Origin: an uncultured Clostridia bacterium
GTDB taxonomy: Bacteria > Acidobacteriota > Aminicenantia > JBFLYD01 > JBBIMS01
Direction: 5' to 3'
DNA length: 64,000 nucleotides
Assembly: GCA_964531645.1 (NCBI GenBank)
Contig: CAZHEF010000001.1
Coordinates: 227,750-291,749, forward strand
Shown: one piece after another, positions 9,802 to 19,640 of the stretch
Layout of the letters: every line of letters starts with the position of its first letter
Position numbering within the stretch: the stretch's first letter is position 1
Position numbers and translations under genes: made by a program
The notes under the pieces: generated by a model
Databases searched by the model: none
Seen by the model: only the letters and a program-made list of their open reading frames with translations
What the model was told of the DNA's origin: nothing

Positions 9802-10209
9802 ATGAAAAGAAATTTTTTAATTATTTTCGGGATTTTACTGATAATTCCAATTCTTTTAAATGCTCAACCCCAGAGACCTGAAAGATTTTACAATCCCGAG
9901 ACTGTTGTCACGGTTTCAGGAGAAATTCAGAATGTTGAAACAAGAACATTTGGTCCATCAGGATTTGGCTTATTAGTTCTTTACCTTAAAACTGATAAAG
10001 AAACTATTACAGTGAATGTTGGTCCTGAAGAATATGTTTCTTCTCAAAATTTTAAGTTTGAAAAGGGCGATAAAATAGTAGTTAAAGGTTCAAAAGCTGA
10101 GATAAGGGGCGAGAATGTTATTCTTGCAGCAGAGATTCGAAAGGGTGATAAAGTTCTGAAGCTCAGGGATGAGAACGGGATGCCTCTGTGGCGTAGTCCA
10201 AGGAGGTGA
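9802..10209 (+). CDS. secreted hypothetical protein (135 aa)
   Basis: Signal peptide MKRNFLIIFGILLIIPILLNAQ. No family recognised. Confidence 0.5.
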   Translation: MKRNFLIIFGILLIIPILLNAQPQRPERFYNPETVVTVSGEIQNVETRTFGPSGFGLLVLYLKTDKETITVNVGPEEYVSSQNFKFEKGDKIVVKGSKAEIRGENVILAAEIRKGDKVLKLRDENGMPLWRSPRR

Positions 10210-10341
10210 TTCAGAGGGTTTAACTGATTTTTAAAAAAATTTTGAAAATTTGTTTTTAAAAAATAAAATGGGTTCTTTTTTACAGTTTTATAATCATTTC
10301 TATGAACTTTGAAAGGTTAAAAAGAAATTGAAGGAGGGAAA

Positions 10342-11500
10342 ATGTCTTTTAAAGATCGACAAAAAACTGGCTTTATCTTTCTTCTGGTTTCTTCTCTTGT
10401 AATCTTTCTTCTTTTTTCAGGTTTTGAGATCAAAACAGAGGGATTGAAAATTCGCCCAGTAAGAGATGATGTCGGTTTTTGTTGGAATTACGAGACCATG
10501 AAAAAGCTTGTCGATTATTTAGAGTCTCACGAAAATGGGAATTTTCAAAGAGAAGGTCTTGTAGCAGGGATATCTCCTCACGACGACTATCTCTATGCAG
10601 GAAGAATTTATTATCCTCTTTATAAAATTCTTAGAACAAAAGAGGTGGTTATTTTTGGAGTCACCCATGGAATTGTTAGAAACGAAATAAAAGGTCTTGA
10701 CTCAATTCTTATTCTTGATGAGTTTGATCTCTGGAAGGGGGGTATTAAAACCGATTGAAATTTCTATGCTAAGGGAATACCTGAAAAACAATTTGAAAAA
10801 GGAGTATTTCATTGTAAATAATCGAGCCCATGAGCTTGAACATTCCATAGAAGCCCTTATCCCATTTTTACAATATTTAAATCCTGATGTGAGAATAACT
10901 CCCATAATGATTTCTCCAATGCCCTTTGAAAAAATGCAGGAGCTCACCTCTCATTTGTCTTCTGTTATCTCCGAGTACATTGTTAAAAATAAAATTAAAC
11001 TTGGCGAAGACATCTTTTTCCTTATCTCTGCAGATGCGAATCATTACGGAAAGGATTTTGGAAACCTTGCCTTTGGTGAAGGAGCGTCTGCATGGGAAAA
11101 AGCCCTATCCTTTGACAGGATGCTTATCGATGGTTATCTCACTGGTTTAATTGATGTAAAGAAAATTTCTGGTTTAACAGGAAAACTCTGGGGAAAAACT
11201 TATCTTGATTATAAAAATTCATACTGGTGTGGTAAATATTCTATCCCTTTCGGGCTTTTAACTGTGAAGAAGATCATTGGACAACTTTTGAACAAAAAAA
11301 TCCGCGGACAGCTCTTTCGGTTCTCTGATACATACAGTGAAGGAGTGATGCCTCTTAAAAAGACCGGTCTTGGTATTACAGCACCATTCTCTCTAAGCCA
11401 CTGGGTAAGTTTCTTTTCAGCAGGTTATTATATAGAATACTGCAATTTCCTTGCTTATTATTTTCTTAGATTTTCATATTTTGTAGACAGAATGGAATAG
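10342..11500 (+). pseudogene. Memo1/AmmeMemoRadiSam-protein-B-like (LigB-superfamily) gene, frameshifted at a G6 tract (10737-10742)
   Basis: Two overlapping frames (10342-10758 and 10697-11500) jointly give a Memo-like protein: SPHDDYLYAG...IFGVTH then EHSIEALIPFLQYL. N-terminal TM segment. Confidence 0.6.
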
Positions 11501-11544
11501 TTAATTTAAAATAAAATCTGATTTAATTTTTAGGAGGAATTATA

Positions 11545-12747
11545 ATGAAAATATCTGAGAGAGGGAGAAATATTCAGGCTTCTCCAATTAGAAGGCTTGT
11601 CCCCCTTGCAGATCAGGCTAAAAAGAAAGGGATTAAAGTCTATCACTTAAATATAGGACAACCTGATATTCCGACTCCAGGGCCAGTGTTTGAGGCAATA
11701 AAGAATTTCAACGAAAAGGTTCTGAGTTATGGTCCATCCCAGGGACTTCCTGAACTGAGAGAGGAAATTGCAAAATACTTCAGGGAATACGGAATTGATT
11801 TAACTATGGAAAATGTTCTAATAACGCTTGGAGGAAGCGAGGCAATTCACTTTGCTTTCTCCGTTATAGCAGACCCGGGAGATGAAATTATAATTCCAGA
11901 GCCTTATTATACAAACTACAACGGATACGCTTCCTTTGCTGGAATTAGGATTGTTCCTGTAACATCTAAAGCTGAAGGTGGTTATAGGCTTCCTTCTGTT
12001 GAGGAAATAGAAAATAAAATAACCTCAAAAACAAAAGGGATTCTTATTTGCTCTCCCAACAATCCCACTGGAACAGTCTACAGTGATGAAGAGCTCGGTA
12101 GAATTGTCTATCTCGCTAAAAAGCATGACCTATTCATTATTGGAGATGAGGTATATAAAGAATTTATATATGATGGCTTAAAGCACAGGAGTATTCTTGA
12201 GTTGAAAGGTGTTGAAGAGAGGACAATTGTAGTTGATTCTATCTCCAAGAGATTCAGTAGTTGTGGAGCAAGAATTGGAGCAATAATAACAAGAAACAAG
12301 GAAATTATGGATTCCCTCGTCCGATTTGCGCAGGCAAGACTCTGTCCTCCCACAATTGAGCAGATAGGAGCAATTGCAGCTTATAGAATGGGTATGTCCT
12401 ATTTTAAGCCTATAAATGAAGAATACCAGATGAGAAGGGACGCCATGTTCTCGGCCCTTGAAAAAATGGAAGGAGTTATAATTAAGAAGCCCCAGGGTGC
12501 TTTCTATATATTTACAAAATTACCTGTTAAGGATGCAGATGAGTTTGCCCAATGGCTTTTGAAGGATTTTTCCGTGGATGGAGAGACTATAATGGTTGCT
12601 CCTGGAAATGGATTTTATGGAACAGAGGGGCTTGGAACGAATGAAATCCGTCTCGCTTATGTTCTGAATGTTGAAAGTATAAACAGGGCAATGTCAATTT
12701 TTGAAAAAGGACTTAAAGAGTTCAGGGTAAATGCTTCCAACATTTGA
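11545..12747 (+). CDS. aminotransferase class I/II (aspartate/aromatic aminotransferase-like)
   Basis: PLP-lysine region SISKRFSSCGARIG. 400 aa. Confidence 0.85.
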   Translation: MKISERGRNIQASPIRRLVPLADQAKKKGIKVYHLNIGQPDIPTPGPVFEAIKNFNEKVLSYGPSQGLPELREEIAKYFREYGIDLTMENVLITLGGSEAIHFAFSVIADPGDEIIIPEPYYTNYNGYASFAGIRIVPVTSKAEGGYRLPSVEEIENKITSKTKGILICSPNNPTGTVYSDEELGRIVYLAKKHDLFIIGDEVYKEFIYDGLKHRSILELKGVEERTIVVDSISKRFSSCGARIGAIITRNKEIMDSLVRFAQARLCPPTIEQIGAIAAYRMGMSYFKPINEEYQMRRDAMFSALEKMEGVIIKKPQGAFYIFTKLPVKDADEFAQWLLKDFSVDGETIMVAPGNGFYGTEGLGTNEIRLAYVLNVESINRAMSIFEKGLKEFRVNASNI

Positions 12748-13771
12748 ATGGAGAGGAGACCATCTTCTCCTTCTCGACCAGAGATTACTTCCTGAAAAAG
12801 AAGAATATATAGAATTTAGGGATTATAGGGAAGTTGCGGAAGCAATTAAAAACATGGCCGTGAGGGGGGCTCCAGCCATAGGTCTTGTTGCAGGTTATGG
12901 AGTTGTTCTTGGAGTTAACTCTATAAAGAGAAAGAAAGGGATAGAAGAAGAGTTTAAAAATATTTGTGAAAATCTTGAAAGGACAAGACCTACAGCAAGA
13001 AATTTGTTTTTTGCCATTGAAAGGATGAAAAAGGTCTTTGAAAGGGTAAAGGATAAGGAGCTTGATGAGATTAAACAGGAAATGGAGAGGACAGCAATTG
13101 AAATGGAGAAGGAAGATTATGATGCCAATTTAAAACTCTCAAATTTCGGAGCTCAACTTATGCCAGAAAACTCATGTGTGCTAACCCATTGCAATGCGGG
13201 TGGTCTTGCAACATCTGGATGGGGGACCGCTCTTGGAGTGATAAAAATGGCTCATAAAATGGGGAAGAGAATCCATGTTTATGTAGATGAGACAAGACCA
13301 CTTCTCCAGGGAGCTCGTCTCACAACATATGAGCTTTCAAGGGAAGGTATCCCATTTACTTTGATAACTGATAATATGGCAGGATTGATGATGAAAAAAG
13401 GAAAGGTTTCTGCAGTTATAGTTGGTGCGGATAGAATAACTCTGAACGGTGATACTGCAAATAAAATTGGAACATACACTTTATCAGTCCTTGCAAAAGA
13501 AAACTCTATCCCCTTTTATGTTGCAGCTCCTGTTTCAACAATAGATTTTGATCTGAAGAGTGGAGATGAGATACCAATAGAGGAGAGGAAGGAGGAAGAG
13601 GTTAAAGCTATTATTAAAGGTATTGATAATTTTGGCAATGTAAAGGTTGAAAATCCTGCCTTTGATGTCACTCCTAACAGACTGATTACAGCAATTATTA
13701 CGGAATTTGGCGTATTGGAAGCTCCTTTTGAAGAGCAATTGTCAGAAATAAAGAAACTCCTTAGTAAATAA
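12731..13771 (+). CDS. mtnA: S-methyl-5-thioribose-1-phosphate isomerase (eIF2B-like)
   Basis: VRGAPAIGLVAGYG and VIVGADRITLNGDTANKIGTY, typical of the MtnA/eIF-2B family. Confidence 0.8.
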   Translation: MLPTFEWRGDHLLLLDQRLLPEKEEYIEFRDYREVAEAIKNMAVRGAPAIGLVAGYGVVLGVNSIKRKKGIEEEFKNICENLERTRPTARNLFFAIERMKKVFERVKDKELDEIKQEMERTAIEMEKEDYDANLKLSNFGAQLMPENSCVLTHCNAGGLATSGWGTALGVIKMAHKMGKRIHVYVDETRPLLQGARLTTYELSREGIPFTLITDNMAGLMMKKGKVSAVIVGADRITLNGDTANKIGTYTLSVLAKENSIPFYVAAPVSTIDFDLKSGDEIPIEERKEEEVKAIIKGIDNFGNVKVENPAFDVTPNRLITAIITEFGVLEAPFEEQLSEIKKLLSK

Positions 13772-14826
13772 TGATAGTCTTAGGAATTGAGACTTCCTGT
13801 GATGAAACCTCAGTGGCAATCTTAAAGGATGGGAAAGAGATTCTTTCTGAGATAATTTACTCCCAGGATAAAATTCATGAACCATGGGGAGGAGTTGTTC
13901 CTGAGATAGCATCCCGTCAGCATATAAAAATAATTGACAGGGTTCTAAAAGAAGCTCTAATTGAAGCTAATTTAGATCTAAATGCTATCGACCTTTTCTC
14001 TTGCACAAGAGGTCCAGGATTAATAGGCTCTCTTCTTGTTGGACTTACCTTTACAAAATCCCTTGCCCACGCTCTTTCAAAGCCATTTATAGGGATTGAC
14101 CATCTCCATGCCCACATTGAGGCAGCCTTTCTTGAAAATGATGAAATAGAATTTCCGGCTCTTGCCCTTGTTGTTTCAGGAGGACATACAAGTATGTTTT
14201 ATCTGGAAAAGCCCCTTGATTTTAAACTCCTGGGTAAGACAAGAGATGACGCAGCGGGAGAGATTCTTGATAAAATCGCAAAATTCCTTGGAGTCGGTTA
14301 TCCCGGAGGACCTGCTATTGAGAAACTTTCAAAAAATGGAGATCCAGAAAAATTCAAATTTTCAATCCCAGTGATTAAAGGTGAAGGGCTTGATTTCAGT
14401 TTTTCGGGAACGAAGACCGCTGCTTATCTTTACATTAAAAAGGGTGTTGTGAGCAAAGAAAGTTCTGAACTTCCAGATTTCCTTGCAAGCTTCCAGAAAA
14501 GTATAATTGACCATATTATATCCAATATTGAGAAAGCTCTCGAGGAGTATCCCGCCAAATCTTTAATAGTGAGTGGTGGAGTTGCAAGAAATTCAGAGTT
14601 GAGAAGAAAGGTTTCTAAAGAGATGGTAGAAAAGGGGATTAAGGTTTATATTCCTTCTCCAAGACATTGCACGGATAATGGTTCAATGATAGCATCCCTT
14701 GCTTATAAACTGTTTATAAATGGAAAAAGGGATGGCTGGGATTCTGACGCTTATGCCCGCTTTGTGGAAGGAGCAAAAATTATTTCCATTCCCCCCTCTG
14801 AAAAAATCCGCAAAAGATATAAGTAG
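13771..14826 (+). CDS. tsaD: tRNA N6-adenosine threonylcarbamoyltransferase
   Basis: MIVLGIETSCDETSVAI, a Kae1/TsaD N-terminus with metal-binding His pairs. Confidence 0.9.
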   Translation: MIVLGIETSCDETSVAILKDGKEILSEIIYSQDKIHEPWGGVVPEIASRQHIKIIDRVLKEALIEANLDLNAIDLFSCTRGPGLIGSLLVGLTFTKSLAHALSKPFIGIDHLHAHIEAAFLENDEIEFPALALVVSGGHTSMFYLEKPLDFKLLGKTRDDAAGEILDKIAKFLGVGYPGGPAIEKLSKNGDPEKFKFSIPVIKGEGLDFSFSGTKTAAYLYIKKGVVSKESSELPDFLASFQKSIIDHIISNIEKALEEYPAKSLIVSGGVARNSELRRKVSKEMVEKGIKVYIPSPRHCTDNGSMIASLAYKLFINGKRDGWDSDAYARFVEGAKIISIPPSEKIRKRYK

Positions 14827-16646
14827 CGACCTTTTAATTTAATGAATGGCGGATTCTTAATTTTATAATTTTTTTGTAGCAAATGATCTCCAATTAAAAT
14901 TTTCCCATTCCCTCTATAATCAACAAATATTTCATCAATTCTCTTAAAAGATGTGAAGGGAATTATGAATCTACCCTTTTCTCTAATAACCATTTTCTCC
15001 CTTTCCACTTCAAAACTTTCAGGTAACGAGTGAAAGAAAATTTTTGTCTTAAGTGTGTACAAAACTTTTTTGCTCCCCGCGAGATAACCTCTGGGGAAAA
15101 TGACAAAATAGATAGAGAAGATAAGGAAAATGGCTATCAATCCAACTATTTCGAAATCCATTTTTAAATTGATTTTTTCTCTGATCAAATATCCGAGAAC
15201 AAAAAATAATGTTATTGCTAACCAGATATAGTTGGGTAGATAATAGGATATGTCTGCCTTTATGAAGGATGGAAGAAGAGAGGGAAGGGGGAGCCAGAAA
15301 TTACTGAGATATGTAAAGAGAGCTCCGTTTCTCTCCTTGACATCATGAGTTGTTGGCTGATAGAGAAAGAGTGGATTTTTGATTAAAATCAATGAAAAAA
15401 TTATTGAAATAACAATAGCAAAAAAGAAAAGGAATCGAAATAATCTTCCTTTACCGAATTCTAAAAAATAAGAAAGAAAAACAGGAAATATAAAGAAAAC
15501 AGGAAGAATGGGCCTTGCCGGAGGGCTTGCGCCTCCTCTGTGGGTGAGGAAGGAATAATTTAATAAAAATGGAATTGAGATTAAAAGGAGGGATAATGCC
15601 TCTCTTTTCTTCCTCCTGAGCATTTCAAAGGAACCAACTACAGAAAAGAAATACAATGGGGAGTAGAAGAGGAGTCCGTCCCTCTGATCGTAAAAATAAC
15701 CCAAAAGAGTCTCTATCCTCATTGTTAATGGAATCCTGTAAATTATTAAATCTTTAATGTAGAGAATACTTTCCTTTGTAAGGACGCCATGATAGAGGGA
15801 AAGGGTTGAGAAATTTCCGAACCACTTATATAAGAAGAAAAGGAATATTAGATAAGAGGTTGCTAAGGAGGCACAAGAGAGAATAATAATTTTAAGAGGA
15901 TATTTTTTCTTTAAAGAGAAGTATAAACCCAGAATAATTATTGGAACTGCAACTATAATATATTTAGCCCCAAGCCATGGCATTAGAAAAAGGAGGAAGG
16001 GGATAAAAAACCAGTCTAATTTTCCAAAATTTAAAAATATAAATTTTCTTATCCAATAGAAAGACATGGCTATAAAAAGGGGCTCAGGGTAAATGTGATA
16101 GGAGAAAAAGAGGATGGGGGATGTAAAGGAATAAAGGAACCAGACCAAAAACGAATTAAATTTTGATATGCCTAATTGATAAAGAAGGAGAAAAAGCTGA
16201 AGCCCGCTGAAAGAGATTGCGATTGTAATAAATGCCCGTGGTAGATAATTAATTAGGAATGGAAATTTAAAAGAGAGCCAGTAAAACGGGATTAAAAAGA
16301 ATGGAAGTCCTGGGAGATGAAAGGAATACCAGTAATCCTCTCCTTTTTTGCCATAATGGGCATGGAAACCGAGATCTCCAGGATAAAATTTTTTATAATC
16401 ACAATTTAGATAATTATTCCTGAGATTTACATCTTTGTCGAAGATCAGCGAGTGGGAAATTAAGAGATAGTGGGGCTCATCTCCAAGGTAAACAAGACCA
16501 TTTTTTAAGGAGATAATGAGGGAAAGATTGAAAAATAAAATAGATACCAAAAAAAGGAAAAAAAGAATTTTTTTAACACTCAATTTTTCAAAACTTTCAA
16601 TTATTTTTCCGATCTTTTCCAGATATCCATAACTGAAGGTAAACAA
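14751..16646 (-). CDS. polytopic membrane protein, GT-C-type (ArnT/PMT-like) glycosyltransferase candidate
   Basis: 631 aa with many TM helices. Very AT-rich. 3' end overlaps tsaD convergently. Confidence 0.5.
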   Translation of the reverse strand: MFTFSYGYLEKIGKIIESFEKLSVKKILFFLFLVSILFFNLSLIISLKNGLVYLGDEPHYLLISHSLIFDKDVNLRNNYLNCDYKKFYPGDLGFHAHYGKKGEDYWYSFHLPGLPFFLIPFYWLSFKFPFLINYLPRAFITIAISFSGLQLFLLLYQLGISKFNSFLVWFLYSFTSPILFFSYHIYPEPLFIAMSFYWIRKFIFLNFGKLDWFFIPFLLFLMPWLGAKYIIVAVPIIILGLYFSLKKKYPLKIIILSCASLATSYLIFLFFLYKWFGNFSTLSLYHGVLTKESILYIKDLIIYRIPLTMRIETLLGYFYDQRDGLLFYSPLYFFSVVGSFEMLRRKKREALSLLLISIPFLLNYSFLTHRGGASPPARPILPVFFIFPVFLSYFLEFGKGRLFRFLFFFAIVISIIFSLILIKNPLFLYQPTTHDVKERNGALFTYLSNFWLPLPSLLPSFIKADISYYLPNYIWLAITLFFVLGYLIREKINLKMDFEIVGLIAIFLIFSIYFVIFPRGYLAGSKKVLYTLKTKIFFHSLPESFEVEREKMVIREKGRFIIPFTSFKRIDEIFVDYRGNGKILIGDHLLQKNYKIKNPPFIKLKGRYLYLLRIFSEGGMEIIFAPSTKRA

Positions 16647-16781
16647 ATAAATGTAAAGAATAAGAATCAGAAGAGAAAGGAGGGAAATCCTTATTAAAAA
16701 TTCTTCTTTATATAAGTAAAATATTCGTGCAAAGGGAATAAAAAAAAGAAGTAAAAAGGGGAAATATTTCTTGAAAATATT

Positions 16782-18026
16782 TTAAACTCCTTTAGCTATT
16801 TGCTTTAAAGCTTCACAAAATTTATCTAACTCTGAAAATGTATTGAAAATATGAGTTGATGCTCTCACAAGATTATGGGAATACTCGTGGACAAATCTTA
16901 CCTCAATCTTCCATTTCTCCCTTAAGATCTTGTAGATATTTTCTGATTCAATCCCTTTAATTTTGAAAGCTACCATACCACAATACATTCTTGGATCTGA
17001 AGGAGATTTTATTTCCAAATTGGGAACTTCCCTCAGCTTCCCTCTCAAATAAGTATTGAGTTCTCTTATCCTGAGCTCAATCTTTTCCCTTCCTATATTG
17101 TTTTGAAATTCAAAGGCTCTCTTAAGTCCTACAAGCAAGGAATCGTTAATAGTTCCAAGATTAAATCTGTCAGAGAATTTTGAAAGTTCATTCCATCCTT
17201 CGCTTGCAATAATTGGATAGAGGAGATGATTTTTATCTTTTTTTACATAAAGAAAACCTGTCCCCTTTGGAGCAAGAAGCCATTTGTGAAAGGAACCTGC
17301 ATAGAAGTCGCACCCAGTTTCTTTTATATTTAGTTTTATCATTCCAGGAGCATGAGCTCCATCGATAAGAGTTAAAATACCTTTTGAAGAAGCCAACTCA
17401 CAAATTCTCTTTACAGGAAGTATTGCACCATTTGTGCAAAGAATGTGGCTTATACTTATAATTTTTGTCTTTTTTGTAATAGCTTTTGAAATCTCCTTAA
17501 CTATTTCTTCATCGGAAGAAGGGGTTAAGGGGAGATTCACCCTCTTGATTTTTACTTTTTCTCTTTTCTCTTTAACTTCCCAGCATGCTGTTCCTCCGAC
17601 ATGCTCATGATTTGTTAGAAGAACCTCATCCCCGCTTTTAAGGTCAAGTCCCTGTGCCACCATACTCATTGCTTCTGTTGTATTGCGGGTAAAAACTATT
17701 TCCTCAGGTTCTGCACCGAGGAATTCTCCTGCCGATTTTTTCAACCCATCCAGAGATTCTTTCTCTTCAGTAAAAAATACTTCCTGAGCAACCATATCTC
17801 TTATTGTTCCCTCAAGGACATACCTTGGAGATACTCCAAGAGTTCCTGAGTTAAGATAAATTCCTTTCTTTGACAAGACAAATTCAGAACGAACAACATT
17901 CCAGAATACCTCTTCGTCAACAACAGAACTTTCTTTGATCTCGCCACTGGCTCTCCGGCTCAAAGTCATAATAAATGGAATAATTTTCAGGAAAGCCCTT
18001 CTTCCCATTTTCATCATCTCATCCAA
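16782..18026 (-). CDS. class V aminotransferase-fold PLP enzyme (cysteine-desulfurase/epimerase-like) with Tat-type signal
   Basis: N-terminal GRRAFLK twin-arginine motif. SFHKWLLAPKGTGFLYV PLP-lysine motif. Confidence 0.75.
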   Translation of the reverse strand: MDEMMKMGRRAFLKIIPFIMTLSRRASGEIKESSVVDEEVFWNVVRSEFVLSKKGIYLNSGTLGVSPRYVLEGTIRDMVAQEVFFTEEKESLDGLKKSAGEFLGAEPEEIVFTRNTTEAMSMVAQGLDLKSGDEVLLTNHEHVGGTACWEVKEKREKVKIKRVNLPLTPSSDEEIVKEISKAITKKTKIISISHILCTNGAILPVKRICELASSKGILTLIDGAHAPGMIKLNIKETGCDFYAGSFHKWLLAPKGTGFLYVKKDKNHLLYPIIASEGWNELSKFSDRFNLGTINDSLLVGLKRAFEFQNNIGREKIELRIRELNTYLRGKLREVPNLEIKSPSDPRMYCGMVAFKIKGIESENIYKILREKWKIEVRFVHEYSHNLVRASTHIFNTFSELDKFCEALKQIAKGV

Positions 18027-18034
18027 TAAAATTT

Positions 18035-18063
18035 GAGGGGAGGGTCTCCCTCCCCTCTTTTTT
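18035..18063 (-). terminator. intrinsic terminator-like hairpin downstream of citrate synthase (T-run on + strand, so possibly bidirectional)
   Basis: GAGGGGAGGG-TCT-CCCTCCCCTC perfect 10-bp stem followed by TTTTTT. Lies 20 nt past the gltA stop. Confidence 0.5.
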
Positions 18064-18082
18064 AAATCTTTTTGTCTCTTCC

Positions 18083-19405
18083 TTAGACTCCCTTTTCTGC
18101 TGACTCCTTTATCATTGGTAGTGTAAGGGATTTCGGTCTTTCAATCGGGAAGTAAACACCCCTTGCCCATACAGCCTGGGCAGTGATTCCCATTGTTCGG
18201 GAAACACCAAAGAGAACAGTGTAAAAATCAAATTCTTTTACTCCATAGTGATACTGTAAGCATCCAGAGTGGGCGTCAACATTTGGCCACGGATTTTTAG
18301 CTTTCCCATGTTTTTTGAGAACATCAGGAACAACCTCAAAAACATTGGAAACGGTCTTGAAGACAGGATCATCAGGACAATACTTCAATGCAAACTCTCT
18401 CTGGGCAGTATATCTTGGGTCTACATTTCTTAGAACAGCATGTCCATAGCCAGGAACAACCTGTCCTGCATTGAGGGTCTTCCATGTGTATTCCTCAACT
18501 TGTTCCTTTGTTGGAACACCTTTATATTCGTCCATCAAATCAAGAATCCACTTCAGGCACTCCTGATTAGCAAGACCGTGGAGGGGTCCAGCAAGACCGT
18601 TGAGGGCTGCTGATATTGAATAATAGACATCTGACCACGCAGAATTGACAAGAAATCCTGTGTGGGCTGAAACATTTCCACTCTCATGGTCTGAATGGAG
18701 AATTAAATAGAGCCTCATAAGATTGTAGTAATCAGGATTGTCAATTCCCATCATGTGGGCAAAATTTGCTCCCCAGTCAAGTTTTGGATCTGGTTTAATA
18801 AATTTTCCATCCTTGTAGCTTCTTTTGTAAATATAACCTGCAACAACTGGCATTCTTGCAAGAAGGGTTAAGGAATCCTCGAAGGTTGCATCCCAGTGCT
18901 CCTCTCTTTTCATCCCTTCATTATACCGTTTCACAAATAAGGATTCTTTCTGCATCGCCAGTACTCCCATGGAGATCTGGGTCATGGGGTGGGTGTCTTT
19001 TGGTAGAGCATTAATTACATCAAAAACATATTTTGGAACTTCCTGCCTCTTCTTTACCTCCTCTTCCAGCTCAAGAACATCATCTTTTGTTGGAATCTCG
19101 CCAGTTAGGAGCAAATACCATAGACCTATTGGATAGGGCTCATCTCCAGGGGTTGGTCTTGGAAGTTTTTCCCTTACTTCAGGAATGGTCATTCCTCTGA
19201 AACGAATACCTTCAATGGGATCAAGATAAGAGGTTTCACATGGAAGTATCTTTACATCCCTCATTCCTCCAAGAGCCTGTTCAACAGTTACCTTGTCAAT
19301 GGGTTTGTCTCCAAGTTCTTTGACAAGTTTTGTCCTTTCCTCCCTCCACTTGGGAACAAGTTCTGCCAACCTTACCTTTACTTTTAAAGTTTTTTGTGTA
19401 GACAT
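18083..19405 (-). CDS. gltA: citrate synthase
   Basis: GYGHAVLRNVDPRY and the C-terminal catalytic region. 440 aa. Confidence 0.9.
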   Translation of the reverse strand: MSTQKTLKVKVRLAELVPKWREERTKLVKELGDKPIDKVTVEQALGGMRDVKILPCETSYLDPIEGIRFRGMTIPEVREKLPRPTPGDEPYPIGLWYLLLTGEIPTKDDVLELEEEVKKRQEVPKYVFDVINALPKDTHPMTQISMGVLAMQKESLFVKRYNEGMKREEHWDATFEDSLTLLARMPVVAGYIYKRSYKDGKFIKPDPKLDWGANFAHMMGIDNPDYYNLMRLYLILHSDHESGNVSAHTGFLVNSAWSDVYYSISAALNGLAGPLHGLANQECLKWILDLMDEYKGVPTKEQVEEYTWKTLNAGQVVPGYGHAVLRNVDPRYTAQREFALKYCPDDPVFKTVSNVFEVVPDVLKKHGKAKNPWPNVDAHSGCLQYHYGVKEFDFYTVLFGVSRTMGITAQAVWARGVYFPIERPKSLTLPMIKESAEKGV

Positions 19406-19640
19406 TTATAATACCTCCTTAGTTTTTTCCATCTTTTTGCAAACCAATCTTATTTCTTTCTCTTCCACCATTTTCCATCTTAATTTTATAAGTTAAAAAT
19501 CTAAATTTCAAGTCCTTTTACGAGAAAGGCTGGAGTTTCATAATTCAAGTCTAAAAGCCATTTTGTCCCTATCTTTAGTTCCAGTGCTTGGAGAAATATT
19601 TTTACTTGACAGACTTTTTACCAGTGAATATTATTTTTAT

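Noticed and set aside
10697-11500. Treating the 267-aa ORF as an independent gene
   Set aside because: Its first ~15 codons overlap the upstream frame. Only the joint translation gives a complete Memo-like domain, so a frameshifted single gene is the better reading.
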